Notes: generated by a model from the letters alone, not told the origin. Shown: positions 26,346 to 39,235, counted from the stretch's first letter. The stretch is DNA of 64,000 bases from Lama guanicoe (GCA_013239625.1 MU053934.1:341241-405240); one strand, 5' to 3'. Translations and numbers: made by a program.

Positions 26346-27001
26346 GGTGTGAGAGACTGCTGTTTGTCTACCCAGAGCCAGTCTTCCAATTCTCTACGGT
26401 AAAGACTGCAAACACACACACACACACACGCCCTCACTGCCCCGGTCTCCTCCGCAGACCTGAGCGGGCATAAGACACAGTCCTGGCCAGCGCAGCTGGG
26501 AGAAGTCTGCTTGGAGATTTGGGGGAGAAGATCCCTTCCCTGGTAGAGAGAGGAATTAAGGAATAAGCCATCTCCCGTGAGGAGGTGACTGCTGGATCTG
26601 CAGTGAGCTCTGTGAACTGTGACCACGAGCAACCCAAGACAGTCCCCAACACAACCATCATCTCTCATGAAGCTGTCAGCCTTTGGGTTTCTTGCTATGT
26701 GAGAAAAATAAACACGCTGTTTTTTTTTTCAGTTATGGTTTAATTCTAATTAATTTTATACTGTCTACTTTTTTTATTTACTATTGTATCATTTTATTTT
26801 ATTTTATTTTATCTTGGTGAGGGGAGGTAATTAGGTTTATTTATTTTTAGAGGAGGTACTGGGGATTGAACCCAGGACCTCAAGTATGCTAAGCATGCAC
26901 TCTACCACTTGAGCTATACCCTCCCCCTAAACACGCTGTTGAAGCATCTTTACTGGGGTCTTTTTTCCCCCCCATTAGCAACAAACACAATCTAACTGAT
27001 A
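26346..27001 (+). mobile_element. Old MaLR solo LTR (MLT1I-L type) interrupted by a SINE
   Basis: tgtgagagactgctgtttgtctacccag...acacagtcctggccag...cttgctatgtgagaaaaataaac...[SINE]...tagcaacaaacacaatctaactgata. Confidence 0.65.
26722..26927 (-). mobile_element. Camelid-type tRNA-derived SINE (Vic-1-like) with a perfect 13-bp TSD
   Basis: Minus strand GGGGGAGGGTATAGCTCAAGTGGTAGAGTGCATGCTTAGCATACTTGAGGTCCTGGGTTCAATCCCCAGTACCTCC (A box TAGCTCAAGTGG, B box GGTTCAATCC), AT-rich body and A tail. TSD taaacacgctgtt at 26709-26721 and 26928-26940. Confidence 0.92.
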
Positions 27002-27037
27002 TTAAATCATTATGGAAAAGACTAGGAACAACACAGG

Positions 27038-27121
27038 TTTTAACCAAAACACTCCGGTACCTTCTCTTGGGGGAACTGTCACTGTATAGAACGGTGAGTC
27101 TAGACTGGATGAAACAGTTCT
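27038..27121 (+). repeat. Diverged direct repeat, copy B (pairs with 24781-24863)
   Basis: ttttaaccaaaacactccggtaccttctcttgggggaactgtcactgtatagaacggtgagtctagactggatgaaacagttct. Confidence 0.9.
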
Positions 27122-27799
27122 GTTCCGACCACGTAAATAACGCGAGTGTCCCTGGGGCTGCACAGAACGGGGTGAAGCAAGTTCCTAATGACTTGTCTCT
27201 ACGTTAGGCTCCTTTATCTGTCCCACAAAGACACCTCAGACGGGATCTTGGTAAAGAGGGTGGATTGGCCAGCGTACATAAAGCCCCAGGAAGTCCTTGG
27301 GCGCTCCACCAACCAGTGCCCCACCTGTAAGCCCCTCTCACAGGAACGGTGGCAGCCCTGATGGCCACGGCCCCCGGGCACACGGGCCGGACCCCGCGGT
27401 GCACGTGCGCTTACACCTGTGAACACACCGTGCTGCCCACCACGCTGGGGCACCACCAAGGCTTCTATCCCAGTTACCTGTTTCCGGTCCCTACTGTCTC
27501 TTTCCTTTCTTCCTCTTCCCCACCTTCTTCCTGGAGGAAAGATGTATCTCTTTTTTAAACTCTGCTACTAGAGAAATTCTGTCAAATGCAACAACAACAA
27601 AAAAAGAGAACTAGAAGCCCTGTACCCAGAGGGGACCTATGAAATGTTACCATATGTTCTTCCTGCTGGAATAATTACATTACTGTATGGATGACGTTCA
27701 ACTTGAGGAGAAGTAGCTCTGTGTCTTTTTTTTAAAAGCTTAATATCGCATCCCAAGTATTTCCCCTTTCTTGTTTATTCAAGCAACATTCAACTTTGT

Positions 27800-28640
27800 T
27801 ATTAAATCAACAAAAATCTTATTCAGAAAAGTGATTTTTTGAAAAGCTTTGAATGTCCCATCGCGAGGACGTGCCATGTCTCTATCCTTTGGCCACTGCT
27901 GGGATTTAAGTTGTGTTTAATGTGTGTTGCTGGTAAACAAACCATAGCACAGTGACATTTTATGACTCTGTTTCTATTTCTGTAGGACAACGAAGTTCTG
28001 CATCATGCAGCTTGTATGTATTTGTAGAGGATCTTGGTAAATACTGCCACACTATTAAAAAGAAAGGCCATTCTGACATTCGTCTGCAACAGACACTTTT
28101 GTAAGTTAGTCCCAGTGGATACATGCCAATATTAGGCGATATATTTTTTTTAACATTTTTTTTTTGGTGATACATTTTTCAAAGCCTTTGTCACTCAGAC
28201 ATAAAAATCAGATTTCCCTATTTCTTTGAATAGTTAGTGATATTATTATATATTACTATATATATATTTTTAACCATTTGTTTATCTTCTTTTGTGAATT
28301 CCTTTATTTTTATCCTTTATGCATTTTTCCATTGGTCTGTTTATTTTTCCTATTGATTTGTAAGAATGCTTTATACATTATCTGCTATGTTTGTTTAAAG
28401 TATAATTTTTCCAATTTATTACTTGCCATTTAATTTTGTTTCAGTTGCTGATTAACACTCAGAATTTTTCCCTTTTTCCCCTCATCTTAATTAGTCAAAT
28501 CTACCAGAGTTTTCCTTGACAACTTCTTTTTTTTCCATTTCCCTTGGACATATGCAAATTTTCCTCACCCCCTACAGGAAAATTTTCATATTTTTCTTCT
28601 GGTTTTGTTTAATGTTCTGTTTTCAGCTTAACTCTTTAAT
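27800..28640 (-). mobile_element. Old L1 (L1M-type) fragments
   Basis: T-rich antisense L1 motifs: ggtaaatactgccac, ccatttgtttatcttcttttgtgaatt, cattttccattggtctgtttatttttcctattgatttgtaagaa. Confidence 0.6.
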
Positions 28641-28879
28641 CAATCCAAAATTTATTTTTTCTATCTCAAGATATTCTATTTGATCTTTTCCCAAATGCTC
28701 AATCTTCACAACAATGCCTTTGGCTGTATAACCCACTATTTCTCTACGGCTTGCTAGCTCTTCCTTAAGCAAGGGTCGACAAATACTCAGATACCACTCT
28801 CGCCTTTTCACAGTCACAGTTGAGAGAAATAACTGCTCCTGGGACTCTGAGTGGAGGAAAAAAAACCCTCAGCATCCTT

Positions 28880-29230
28880 ATCAAGACTTTTTTCACCCAA
28901 ATGTTGACTGAGAGTCAATTATGTGCAAGCAGTCTTCTAGCAATAGAAATGGGGCAGTTAAGACCATCCAGTGGGCTCCACGTGGTGGTGGACAAGTCAG
29001 ACCTACACCTAACACTTTAGCCTTGAGGGTATTTAACAGTTATACGAGGAAGATGTTTAACAAATAATTATACAATGACAAGTGTCATGACAAAGGGAGC
29101 ACAGGGTGGCAGCACAGCCTATGGGAGGGGAACCCCCACATTAATTAACAGGATGGTGGGCCAACCACAGTGTCCTGGAGATTGAAACTGAGCTCTAAAT
29201 GAGAGATGGGGAGGGAAGACATCTGTTTCA
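28880..29230 (-). mobile_element. LINE L2 3' fragment
   Basis: ttcacccaaatgttgactgagagtcaattatgtgcaag...ttgaaactgagctctaaatga. Confidence 0.5.
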
Positions 29231-29899
29231 GGTAACATGGTGAACTAGGTAATCCCAAACCCCTCTCAGTGGGAGAAAGAAATATAAATAAATGTGTATA
29301 TTTATATTTACATATTATATACATAAAACATAAGTTGGCATGAAAGCAAAACTGCAAATATTAAAAGCAAGTCGAAGCTGCAAAATTAGACTATAAGTCA
29401 TTCCTGAACCCCAGGACTGCCCAAGGGAAGCAAACCCTTGAGCACTGCTTCCATTGCTATGGGTGGGGCGCAGGAGAGAAAGGATAAGGGTCCTGGTCTG
29501 GCTTAATAAGGAGTCAAGAGAAGACATTTGCATAAAGTCAGGACCCCCTCAAATCCTCACTCTCTGTATAAAGGTGATCCAGAAATAAACTCCACCATCC
29601 AGAAGAGAACAGCCAGGAAACACACCGGTCTTTAGTTTAATGGCAGACTGGAGCTGGTTGCTGGTTGGCGGCGGGGGACGCAGTACTGGAGAGTTAACAC
29701 CTTAAAGCCATGCCACACAATGGCATGTGCTCTGAACTCAGGCTACCTGTTAGGCCTGACAAACCTCAAACGGAGAATTTAATTCGAAGTAATCAGGACT
29801 GACAGTGCCTCAGGCAACTGGCAGCAATAATTGCAAACCGTATTTCAGGCAAACACAGGATCACACCTCAGTGATTTCGTAAATCAGCACGGGGTTTTA

Positions 29900-30160
29900 C
29901 AGAGGGTCATGCTGCAGGGTTAAAACCCAGACCCACGGCCAGGCTGAGAGGCTCCTTTCCTGTTTCTACCCCTTTCTAACCCAGATGTGTTGGTCAAATT
30001 GTCTCGAAGTCTCAGGTTCCACATCTGCAAAATGGGATCATAACAGCACTAATTCCAAAGGGTTGTTTTGTTGCGAGAATTAAATGAGATAATCCACGTT
30101 AAATGCTTATGACTGCATTTGTTATGTGGTGAATACCAAACAAATGCTGGCTATTTTTGA
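29900..30160 (+). mobile_element. MIR SINE
   Basis: gtctcaggttccacatctgcaaaatgggatcataacag...gggttgtt...gagaattaaatgagataatccacgttaaatgctta. Confidence 0.75.
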
Positions 30161-31284
30161 TACTTTATTACCATTTTCCACCTGTATTGTCGCACGCTAT
30201 CACATTCATTCTCTCGCTTATTAATACCTTCACCATTGATCATGGTTAGGCTTGCCAGGGGATTACCATTTTCTCGTGCGTAAAATCAGCTTTCAAAGTT
30301 TTAGTTTCAGCTTTCTGTTTTTCATTTTTCTTCGTTCACAGGCTTCTGCTGTCCACCGTACTTCCCCTCTGCTTTCTTCCATTTTCTTGTTACCAAGAAA
30401 GTACCAAGTGGAATGTGAGATTCATTTATCATCATCTTTGTTTCTGAATAACGAAAGCACAGACAGCTATTACAACATCTCCAGTGACGGCTTTGGGCGC
30501 ATTCCATAAACTCTACTGTGAAATGTTCCTCTTGTGCTGTTTTCAAAATGGGCTATAATTTTAGCTTTCATTTCCTTTTGGATTAAATAAGCATTTAGAA
30601 AAATTCTTAAACCTCCCCTAATTTCCAATTCTCCTGAGCCTCCCATTTAAAAGTTTGTTTCTAATAGGTAGTTTTACTGCACTGTGGCCAAAAATGGGGC
30701 CTTTATAATTTTTCTGATTTGAATTTTACTGAGGTTCCCTTTGGCCCTCAATTTAAGTAAGCTTTTTCATGAACACTTGAAAATCTATTTTTGATATGAA
30801 ATTTGACATCTATTGATATTGATTACAGTTTTAAAACTTTGTCATTAACAATACGATTTGCCTTTTTAGTGGCTGAAACTCTCCGAATATGTCCTATATT
30901 TTCTACCAGTCCTTGTTTTTCATATTTGGAAGAGTTCTGCTTGGAAAATAGCTTGGCTGTTACACCCTCTTACGGAAATCATACTCATCAATTCAAAGTT
31001 ATCAATTTCATCTAATGAAATGTACTTAATTATACTTGAGTTCATCTGCAATTAACATACCGGCACCATGTTTGTCTCCACACATCTGAGACATCCTACA
31101 AATTTTATTTTCAAACTTTATAATTTATTTTAGGTGTGCTTCTTGGAGATAGTAAGCACATAGTTAAGACATCACTATTTAATCAAGCATCAGAGTTCTG
31201 TCCAATAATAAAAGAGTTTAAAGCATTTATTTTTTTTTAAAACAAATGATGTTGGTTTTGCTTCTGGAATAGTATTTTTAGGCA

Positions 31285-32420
31285 TTACTTTTCAGCTTTG
31301 AGAAAAAAATTTACACACATTATAATCACCCCTTTTAAATGTATAATTCAACGAAATCACAGTCTCCAATGGCCATAGCAATCACTTTATAGAACAATGT
31401 CTTCAGTCCCCCAAATTGCCTCATGTCCCTTTTAAAGCAACCCCCACCACACCAGCACTGGCCCCTAGTCACTTCTGATCTGCTTTCAAGAATTTCAAAT
31501 CAATGGAATGATATACATACATAACATCTGGTGCCTGGCTTTTTTCACTTAGGGTACCACTTCTGAGATTCACGCACTTTTGTTACACAGGTCAAATGTT
31601 TCATTGGCTGATTACGCGGACCACTGTTTCCTCCAAGTGATGGACTCTGGAGTCCTATGAATAAAGCTATGAATATTCACATACAAATTTTTGTGAGCAT
31701 GTACGTTTTTCTTTCTCCTGGAGGAATGCCCAGGAATGGAACTGCTGGGCCATATTGCGAGTATATGTTTAACTTTCTAAGAAACTGACGGATGGTTTTC
31801 CAAAGTGGTTGTACCATTTTATACAGCCACCAACAATGGATGAGCGCTCTGGCTGATCCACATTCTCAGCCACACTCTTTATTGTCAGTCTTTGTAATCT
31901 TAGCCACTGTAGTGAGTGTGAAGTAGTGCCACACGATGATCTTAATTTGCACTAATGATGTTGAGCATTTTTCAGGGATTTGCTGACTATCCCTGTGTCT
32001 TCTTTGGTGACGTGTCTGTTAAAATATGTTGCCCATTTTTAAACTGGGTCATTTGTCTTTCTGTTATTGTTGGAAGAGTTCTCTCAATATATTCCAGATA
32101 CGAATCTTTCATCAGACATGTGCTTTGCAAATATTTTCTCCCAGTCTGTGGCTTGTCATTTTATTTTGTTAATGTTTTTGGAAGAACAAAAACTATCAGT
32201 TCAGACGAAGTCCAATTTAGCAAGATTCTTCTTTTTTAGTTGCGTTTTTCGTATTCTATTTAAGAAATCTTTGCCTCACCTAAAGTCGCTGAGACTTTCT
32301 CCTCTGCTTTCTCCCACCAGTTCTGCATGCATAGCTCTTGCATGTAGGCGTACGATTCATTTCAAGTTAATTTTTGTATTTGGTATAGAATGACGGTCAA
32401 GGTTCAGCTTCCCCCCACAA
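31285..32420 (-). mobile_element. L1MB/L1ME-type LINE-1, 3' ~1.1 kb
   Basis: ggaatggaactgctgggccatat...ggttttccaaagtggttgtaccattttatacagccaccaacaatg...tgcaaatattttctcccagtctgtggcttg. Confidence 0.85.
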
Positions 32421-33179
32421 GGAAATCAAATATTGCAGCATCATTATTTTTTTTCTGTCTCGTTTTCTTTGCTCCCTATCTATTTTATATAGAGTTTGCT
32501 TCATTTGTAATAATCATCTCCAATAACTTGGCCTTAAATCTATTTATAACTTTACCAGAAGTCATCTTTAAGCTTTCCAGAAACATCTTATCTTTCTTCC
32601 CCCCGGTGTTCAGAATGATGGGTTAAAAAATATCTTCTGAGTTACCCCACCAAACACAAGAAGCTTAGCAGCTTTTAAACCCAACCCACACTTCCTCGGC
32701 TGTTTTAAAATGTCTGTGATCAACTGGTTACTTGTATGTTTTCAAGAACAACTTTTGGCATTTGCATTCAGCTCTGCAACTGACTTAAGAACAATTATTT
32801 ACAGATGATTCCATGTGTGACTTCTTCCAGCACACCCTGCCTGCCCCTTTAGAAAAAGACCTCCTCATTCCTGAATATTCATTTTGATTACTTTCTTGGT
32901 TGGCTGGGAAATAACTTACAATACTTTCTTCAAGAAGTATACACTGGTGTATATTTTGAGTTCTTGCATAGCATGACATCTTTTTTTTTTTTTTTCCTGT
33001 TGCCTTTATACATGACAGAACTTGGCTGGGATTCTGGGGTCTCTCGTCTTTTCTGCTCAAAACTCTGTAGACATTTTATTAGGACATTCTTATTGTAACA
33101 GTGAGAATTTTTATTCTTCAAACATAGACTGGTTCTCTCCACCCTTGCATTACAAGGTAGCCTCAGAAGCCAAGCTCTA

Positions 33180-33375
33180 CTCCTCGTCCACAGCCACCGA
33201 CCAACCATATGTGGCCACTGAGCCCCTGAAATGCAGCGTGTCCAAACTGAGACATATAAAACCAACCCTGGACTTTGAAGACTTGGTACAAAAAAAAAAT
33301 GCAAGATATCTCATTAGTAACTTTTAAAACACTGATCCCATGCTGGAATGTTTAGGATTAAATAAAATGCATTAT
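33180..33375. mobile_element. MER33-like (hAT-Charlie) fragment
   Basis: ccatatgtggccactgagcccctgaaatg...tccaaactgaga...ctttgaagacttggtacaaaaaaaaaatgcaagatatctcattagtaac. Confidence 0.7.
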
Positions 33376-34734
33376 GTCCCCGACCCACCTTTTCCCCATC
33401 CTGATCACTAGTCCCTTCGCACTTTCCTTGCTATGGCCTTCTTCTCCATTCCCCTTGAAGTAAATGCTTTCATGCACCTTATTTCATTGTGCCTTTTCAA
33501 GAATCCCGTGCTACAAAAACAGCACATGTTTCCTTTTGTTAAGAAGGAATTTTCCAAAGACATCATCAGCAGGCTGCTATTAATCCGAGGTCAGAGTGAT
33601 GTTAAAATCTAGTTCTCCTGGCCTTCGGGGCAACGCTGTTCTCTCATCTCACAGATATTACGGGTCCAGAACTTGAGTTAAAAAACAACTTCAGTGATTC
33701 AGGAGTACCGTCATAAGGATGGGTTTTGGAATACAAGCTGGACCAAAGAAACAAAAGAGACAGAGATCGGAGGCACTTGATGGATTGGGAGAAAGTAATG
33801 GAGAGAGTTTACTGAAAATTATGATGAGGTTAGAAAATTTTTACGATAAAAACAGGAGTTTTTGTCCAAATGTTCTGAAAGGATAAAAGGCTAGATTTGG
33901 GGAGTGAAATGTTAGAGCTTCAGTGTCTTAGAGGAGGTATATTTTTGGGCACGTTACCCACAGGTGGAGTGGCTGAGTTGGTGAAGAGCTAATGAAATTT
34001 AGGGCTGAAGGCACTTGAAAATCAGGGTGTTGCATGGTCCTTTCAGAGGCTGATGAAATCCAAGAAAAACTGTCAGGAGCTGAAAAGAATTCTATGCATG
34101 TAGGACCAAAAGCGGCCGCTTCAGTCCAGGTGAAACCAGTGACAGTTGTCCACATCGGGGTACACCTTAGAAAAACATTTAAATTATAACGAATAAAAAA
34201 AAATTCTTCCTTTAAAAATAACTCTCATGAGTAAGAACTGATCACGTGCCAACTTAATCAGGTCACGTGCATAGATCTGGAACAACTGTTACATTCTGAA
34301 GAACCACGGAGAATTGCAAACATGGGACACAGAGACAAAACGAAGTCCATTCAAGCAAGTCAACAGCTCGGAAACCATTGACTACACAAACACGGCGGAA
34401 GATGTGTTTAAGTGTCAGCTAGGCTCCCAGCACTGCTATTTGGATTATGGCTGAAGGACTGCGGATGATGAAGAGAGGACCCGGGAGACATGCTAGTCCT
34501 GACACCTGGCCGATTCGCTCTGCAGACCCCAAACACAGAACTTAACGCATTTTCTGGGAGCCATCATTGGCCAAGTTTTATCCCAAAAGCTGGGCCTAGA
34601 GATCAAAGTTTAGGTCTTGCCCTCCTGGTTCACACAGTCTAGTGGGGAAGGCAAACAAGTTAACAGACGGTGATATATACACTCACATTTGGTCTTTCTC
34701 AGGGCTCAGGACCAATGGCGGGGCTGGGGGCAGT

Positions 34735-34952
34735 GGATTCAATAGATGAAGATTTCAGTACAGCACCAGGAGAACATTTCTAATCGCGTTTCTTAATGTG
34801 GAACGAGGTCCTTTGGGAGGTAATGATCTCTTATCTCTGGAAGTACTCAAAAGCAGAAGATTAATGACCATGTACATAGAATATTACAGAAGAAAGTGGA
34901 AGGTTATGCCCGGCGAATGCCAAGTTCCTTCCTAATTAAGATTCTATGATTC
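34735..34952 (+). mobile_element. L3/CR1 LINE 3' end
   Basis: ggagaacatttctaa...gggaggtaatgatctcttatctctggaagtactcaa...aagttccttcc...aagattctatgattct (CR1 terminal ATTCTRTG repeat). Confidence 0.7.
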
Positions 34953-36934
34953 TCAAAAGGGGACAGGGCCCATTCATTAAGACACTCCGTTGTACAGAGA
35001 AACGCTTGCCTGCGCACAAAGTGAATTGTACAATTGACACAGAAAGATCTTTTCTAATACAGATTACAACTTTGATGGCTGCCTACAATTTTCCATGTCT
35101 AATATTTAAAAGCCAAAGATCACTCTTCTGAATACAGAAAGGTACTGTTTTCAAACGTATTTCACTTATTGATGTCTGTTCTGTGATCTTGTCCTTGTTA
35201 TTAGAGAGAAAAGGCTAACACAGAGGCCGGAAAAGCACTACCAGCCTTACAGAACCAGCTCTCCCATCGGCAGATAATCCAGGAACCAGTAAAGCAATGA
35301 AGGAAATGGGAAAATGCTAACTTTTCCCGACCCAGACTTAATATTTAACCTCAGCCAGCTCTCCTGCTTAATGCTGGACCCAAAAGGAGAGAAGGAACAG
35401 GAGTCTAAATCCATAAACTGTCTAGAAAAGCAACTTAAAATACAAACCCTCTGATGAGCAGTCATCTGTTTCTGTTATAGTGGAAGAGAAGGAGCATGGA
35501 CATGGTGGATGTGGAAAAAAAGGTTTAAGAGGCTAACCACTGCCATCTTCAATTATACCAAAGAGGAAAGGAAGAAAACAGAATCTGTTGAGGGCCTACT
35601 ATGTGCCAAGCACCGTCCCTTCCATTACAAGATCTCATTTGACTGCATTTTGTCTTCGCCAATGAAGGAAAGCCAGAGCTTCCAACTTGGCAAGACATCA
35701 TTAAGCTCAGTGCCACCATATCATTAGTGAAATGGGACGAGGCAGCCCCAAAGGCCACACGCACCTTGCTTCACTTCTCATTCTTCTGCAGGGCATCGCA
35801 GAGCAGGACATGCCCTTTATGAGCGAGACATGTCCCACATCTCCTTTCCTCTTTCCTCTGCAGGCCACGTCTGCCTGGAACTCCTCCAGTCCATGGGGGT
35901 GTCTGGTCCCTGCACTGGGGAGCTCAGCCATTGCCATGGCCATTGTGGTCCCTGTGAACTATATTCCAGGCCTGGCGATCATGAAACCCAGACCCAACTT
36001 GGGGAAGAGGACTGTTTACAAAAAAATCATATGTGAGATGCTGGACAACTTGCTTAGCCCCACGGGGCCTCATCTGTCAAAAAATTGGTGAGTACGGGCT
36101 TCTTTCTAATCCTGAAACCCTATGAGTTTCCATCCCCATCAGTCCCTCCCAGCTAAAAATGCCCATCACTCGGGGAGCCTGTCTTCCTTGGAAGCAGAGA
36201 GCAGCTTCTCCATCCTCCCTAGTGAGAGAAGCAATAGGTGTCTGTGTCCCAAAGGACAGCAGATGCTGAAAGATGGCAGTTATCTAAAGAGAGCCTCTAC
36301 AGGACTCCACAGGGACCAGTACAAAGGCAACTGAGTATGAGCAGGAAGCCAATTTTTAGAGTCAACCATCAATATTTTCTACAACCACAGTCCTGAATCC
36401 CACTTCCTAATCCTTCTGATGCCAGTAATGAGCAGGCCTCGGGTCTAAGAGAAAAGGAGATAAATTGGGGCTCCCAGCTAGACAGGGGGAATCATGAAAC
36501 AGTCCCTGCCCCAGCCACTTCCCTTCACGAGCTTGGGATCATCCTCGCCCCGGGGGCGGTATGGGGGTGACTTTCCGGGCCAGCCAGGGCAAGATCAAAG
36601 GCCGGTGGGCATGCGGGGCCTTGTCTGAAAATCGGCGAATATCTTGCTGATTTAAGGCAAACTGTCCAGAGTGAGGACTGTTTGGTTTCGAAAATGATCC
36701 TTGGATAGCAGTGACGGGGCCATCCCAATCTTCAGAGCATCATTAGGAAGAGATGCTTTTGTCCCCGGCAGGAAGCTCCATTCCCCGCGGGCCTTTAAAT
36801 GGAGGGGTCATGCTTAGTGCATTTGTTCTTCAGGAACAACCAGAAAAAGAACACCACCGAGAGCTCAGAGGACCCTTGTCTAGACACAATTATCGTATCT
36901 TAGCTTAAAGTCGGGCCACAGAGAAGGGAACAGA

Positions 36935-37115
36935 ACATAGGAGAAAGAACGTGGATCACGGAGTCGGTTCTGGGTTTTAATCCCAGCACCGCCACGTCCT
37001 AGCTATGGAAGATTCGGACGGAGTCAGTTATTTAACCTCCCCAAGCCTCAGTTTCCCAATATGTATAATGGGGATCAGAGTGGGACAGATCCCCAGAGTT
37101 ACAGTGAGTGCTCCA
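36935..37115 (+). mobile_element. MIR SINE
   Basis: ctgggttttaatcccagcaccgccac...agttatttaacctccccaagcctcagtttccc. Confidence 0.7.
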
Positions 37116-38344
37116 CGAGAGAACCACGCAGACACGAGAGAGAAAGTGTCCCACAAATCAGAGAGGTTACACCGCAGCCTGCCGGGTCCAAGATCACCGA
37201 AACCAGGAATTCTGAGTTCAAGTCCAGCTCAGTGGTGCCAGCTTCATCCCCTGGAGGCTGCAGCCCATGCCTCTCACCTCTCCTTCAGATCCACCCCATC
37301 TCCGTGTCTACTGAATTACACAGTCCTGTATCCCCCATCATTTCATTTGGAAAAGGAAAAAAATCAAATAGCAATCTTGGCATTTATTAGCTGCCTGATC
37401 GAAGGCAAATCTCCTTTGACTCCGCGCTTCAATTTATAAACTGCCTGTGAGATGGAGGTGATGATACCCTCTCTCCACCCCACGGGGCTGTCGTGAGGAG
37501 CGAGTGCCAGCCTGCAGCCACGCATGGAGCTCCACACAGGAAGGGGGCGTCGTCTTCGTCCTGCTCCTCCTTCCACCTCCCTCCCCTGGTGACAGGAGCT
37601 GCGTGTCTGGAGTGGGGCTGGGAGCACCCCGTCCTGGTAGCCTGTGGATCTGGGGACTCGGGAGCCGGAAATGAACGGGCCATGGAAACATCAGAAAGAC
37701 CAATGAGCATCTCACAGGCCACGGGGGCGGGCAGGCTGAGCGATCGCTATTTGCAAATCCACACTAATTGGTCATTACGGAGAGAAGCGTACCAGTCCAG
37801 GGCGAATTTCTCACAGTTCGTTTTTCATCATGCACCGATCCTTCATAACTTCCTTTCCCCTATTACTCCATCCTCCAGGGCTGACAGATAGAATAAGGGG
37901 CCCGCAGGAGCAGTTCTGAGAAACGCCGTTTCCCACAGCTGTACAGGCAAATTCTCAGAGCTGTATGGGGGGGAGGCCGTCTTAAGTGTCTGCTGAGGGT
38001 ACCGCCCGGCACGCTTCCCGAGCATGAGTGCAGAACACAGCATGATGCCGTGTGGTCACCCGTCCCTAGTGGGTGGAGTTTCAATGCCTCCCTCCCCAGT
38101 GTACCTGTCATGAAAAGACACTCACCTGTCCCCCAGCTGCTCTTGGGACTTTAGAAGGGGCTGGTACAGATGCAGCCGCCTTATTTCTGCCACTGCAGGG
38201 TCGCTGGTAGACAAGTACCTGGCTGCCTGCCTGTGCCCTGAGGCACAACCGGCCTCAGGACTGCGCTTAACCCTGACAGTGACCAAGAAACCCCTTCCTA
38301 ATGGCTTTATGATTCTTAGGGACCTAACCCTGAGTTTACTGTGT

Positions 38345-39235
38345 ATCATTCATTTAGCAGACGTTTCCGTAGACCACGCATCGCACCAGGCATTAGGGAT
38401 ATAAGGGCGAGGAGAAACAGACAGGATCCCAGTTCTTTTGAAGCCTAAACTCTGGGAGAGAGACAGACATTTACCAGCCTACCCAAAGGCATGACAGCTT
38501 ACACTCTGCAGCGACTTTACTAAAGAAATGTATGTGATCCTGCGAGAAGACACAACAAAGGAGCCCCTGTGAGATGAGGCAGGGCAGGTTCCCCTAAGTA
38601 AACGGAGTCTTAAGCACAGGAACATGGAATTAGTCAGCAACGAGGGAGAGAAGGCTCAGAGTATAACAGACAGAAGGAAGGACTTGTGCAAAGGCCCCAG
38701 TGGAAAGGAAGGCGCACAGGAGACTGGAAGACTGAGTGGGTGAGCGATGGTGCTAACCACACAAGACGAAGGGGGAAGGAGGCAGGAGCCAGAGTGTGCT
38801 GAGGAACACAACTCAGTTAAGGGCCTGTGGGCTCCATCCTAAAAGCACTGGGAAACCATCAAAGGTTTTACACAGAAGACAGGGGATGGCACAGCTGGGT
38901 TTGCTTTCGAGAAAGAGGACTCTTGCTTCTTATGGAGAAGAGATTTGGAGGAGGAGGAGGAGTGAGCAGAGGAGAAGGGAAGAGATTTGTCTGGATAAAA
39001 AAAGACAAAACACTGCTGCTGTGCTGGGGAACATACCACACGTTGCTGACTAGGATGGTGGCCAGGGAGACAGAGACAAGGAGGACTTGGAGTGGTTAGA
39101 CGCAGGTGAGGGAAGGGGACCGATCAAAGGCAGGCTCTTGGTGCTGGACGAGTAACTGAGCGGATGGTGGTGCCAGAAGCAGGAGAGGATCAGGCTGCGG
39201 GGAGTGGGCAGACCCCGGTTCTGGGTTTGCTGAGC
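38345..39235 (-). mobile_element. LINE L2 3' ~0.9 kb
   Basis: tcattcatttagcagacgttt...ccaggcattagggata...cttgtgcaaaggcccc...ctgggaaaccatcaaaggtttt...actgagcggatggtggtgcc. Confidence 0.75.

Noticed and set aside
26850..26927. tRNA gene on the minus strand
   Set aside because: It has A/B boxes but continues into an AT-rich body with an A tail and TSD, so it is a SINE head and not a tRNA gene.
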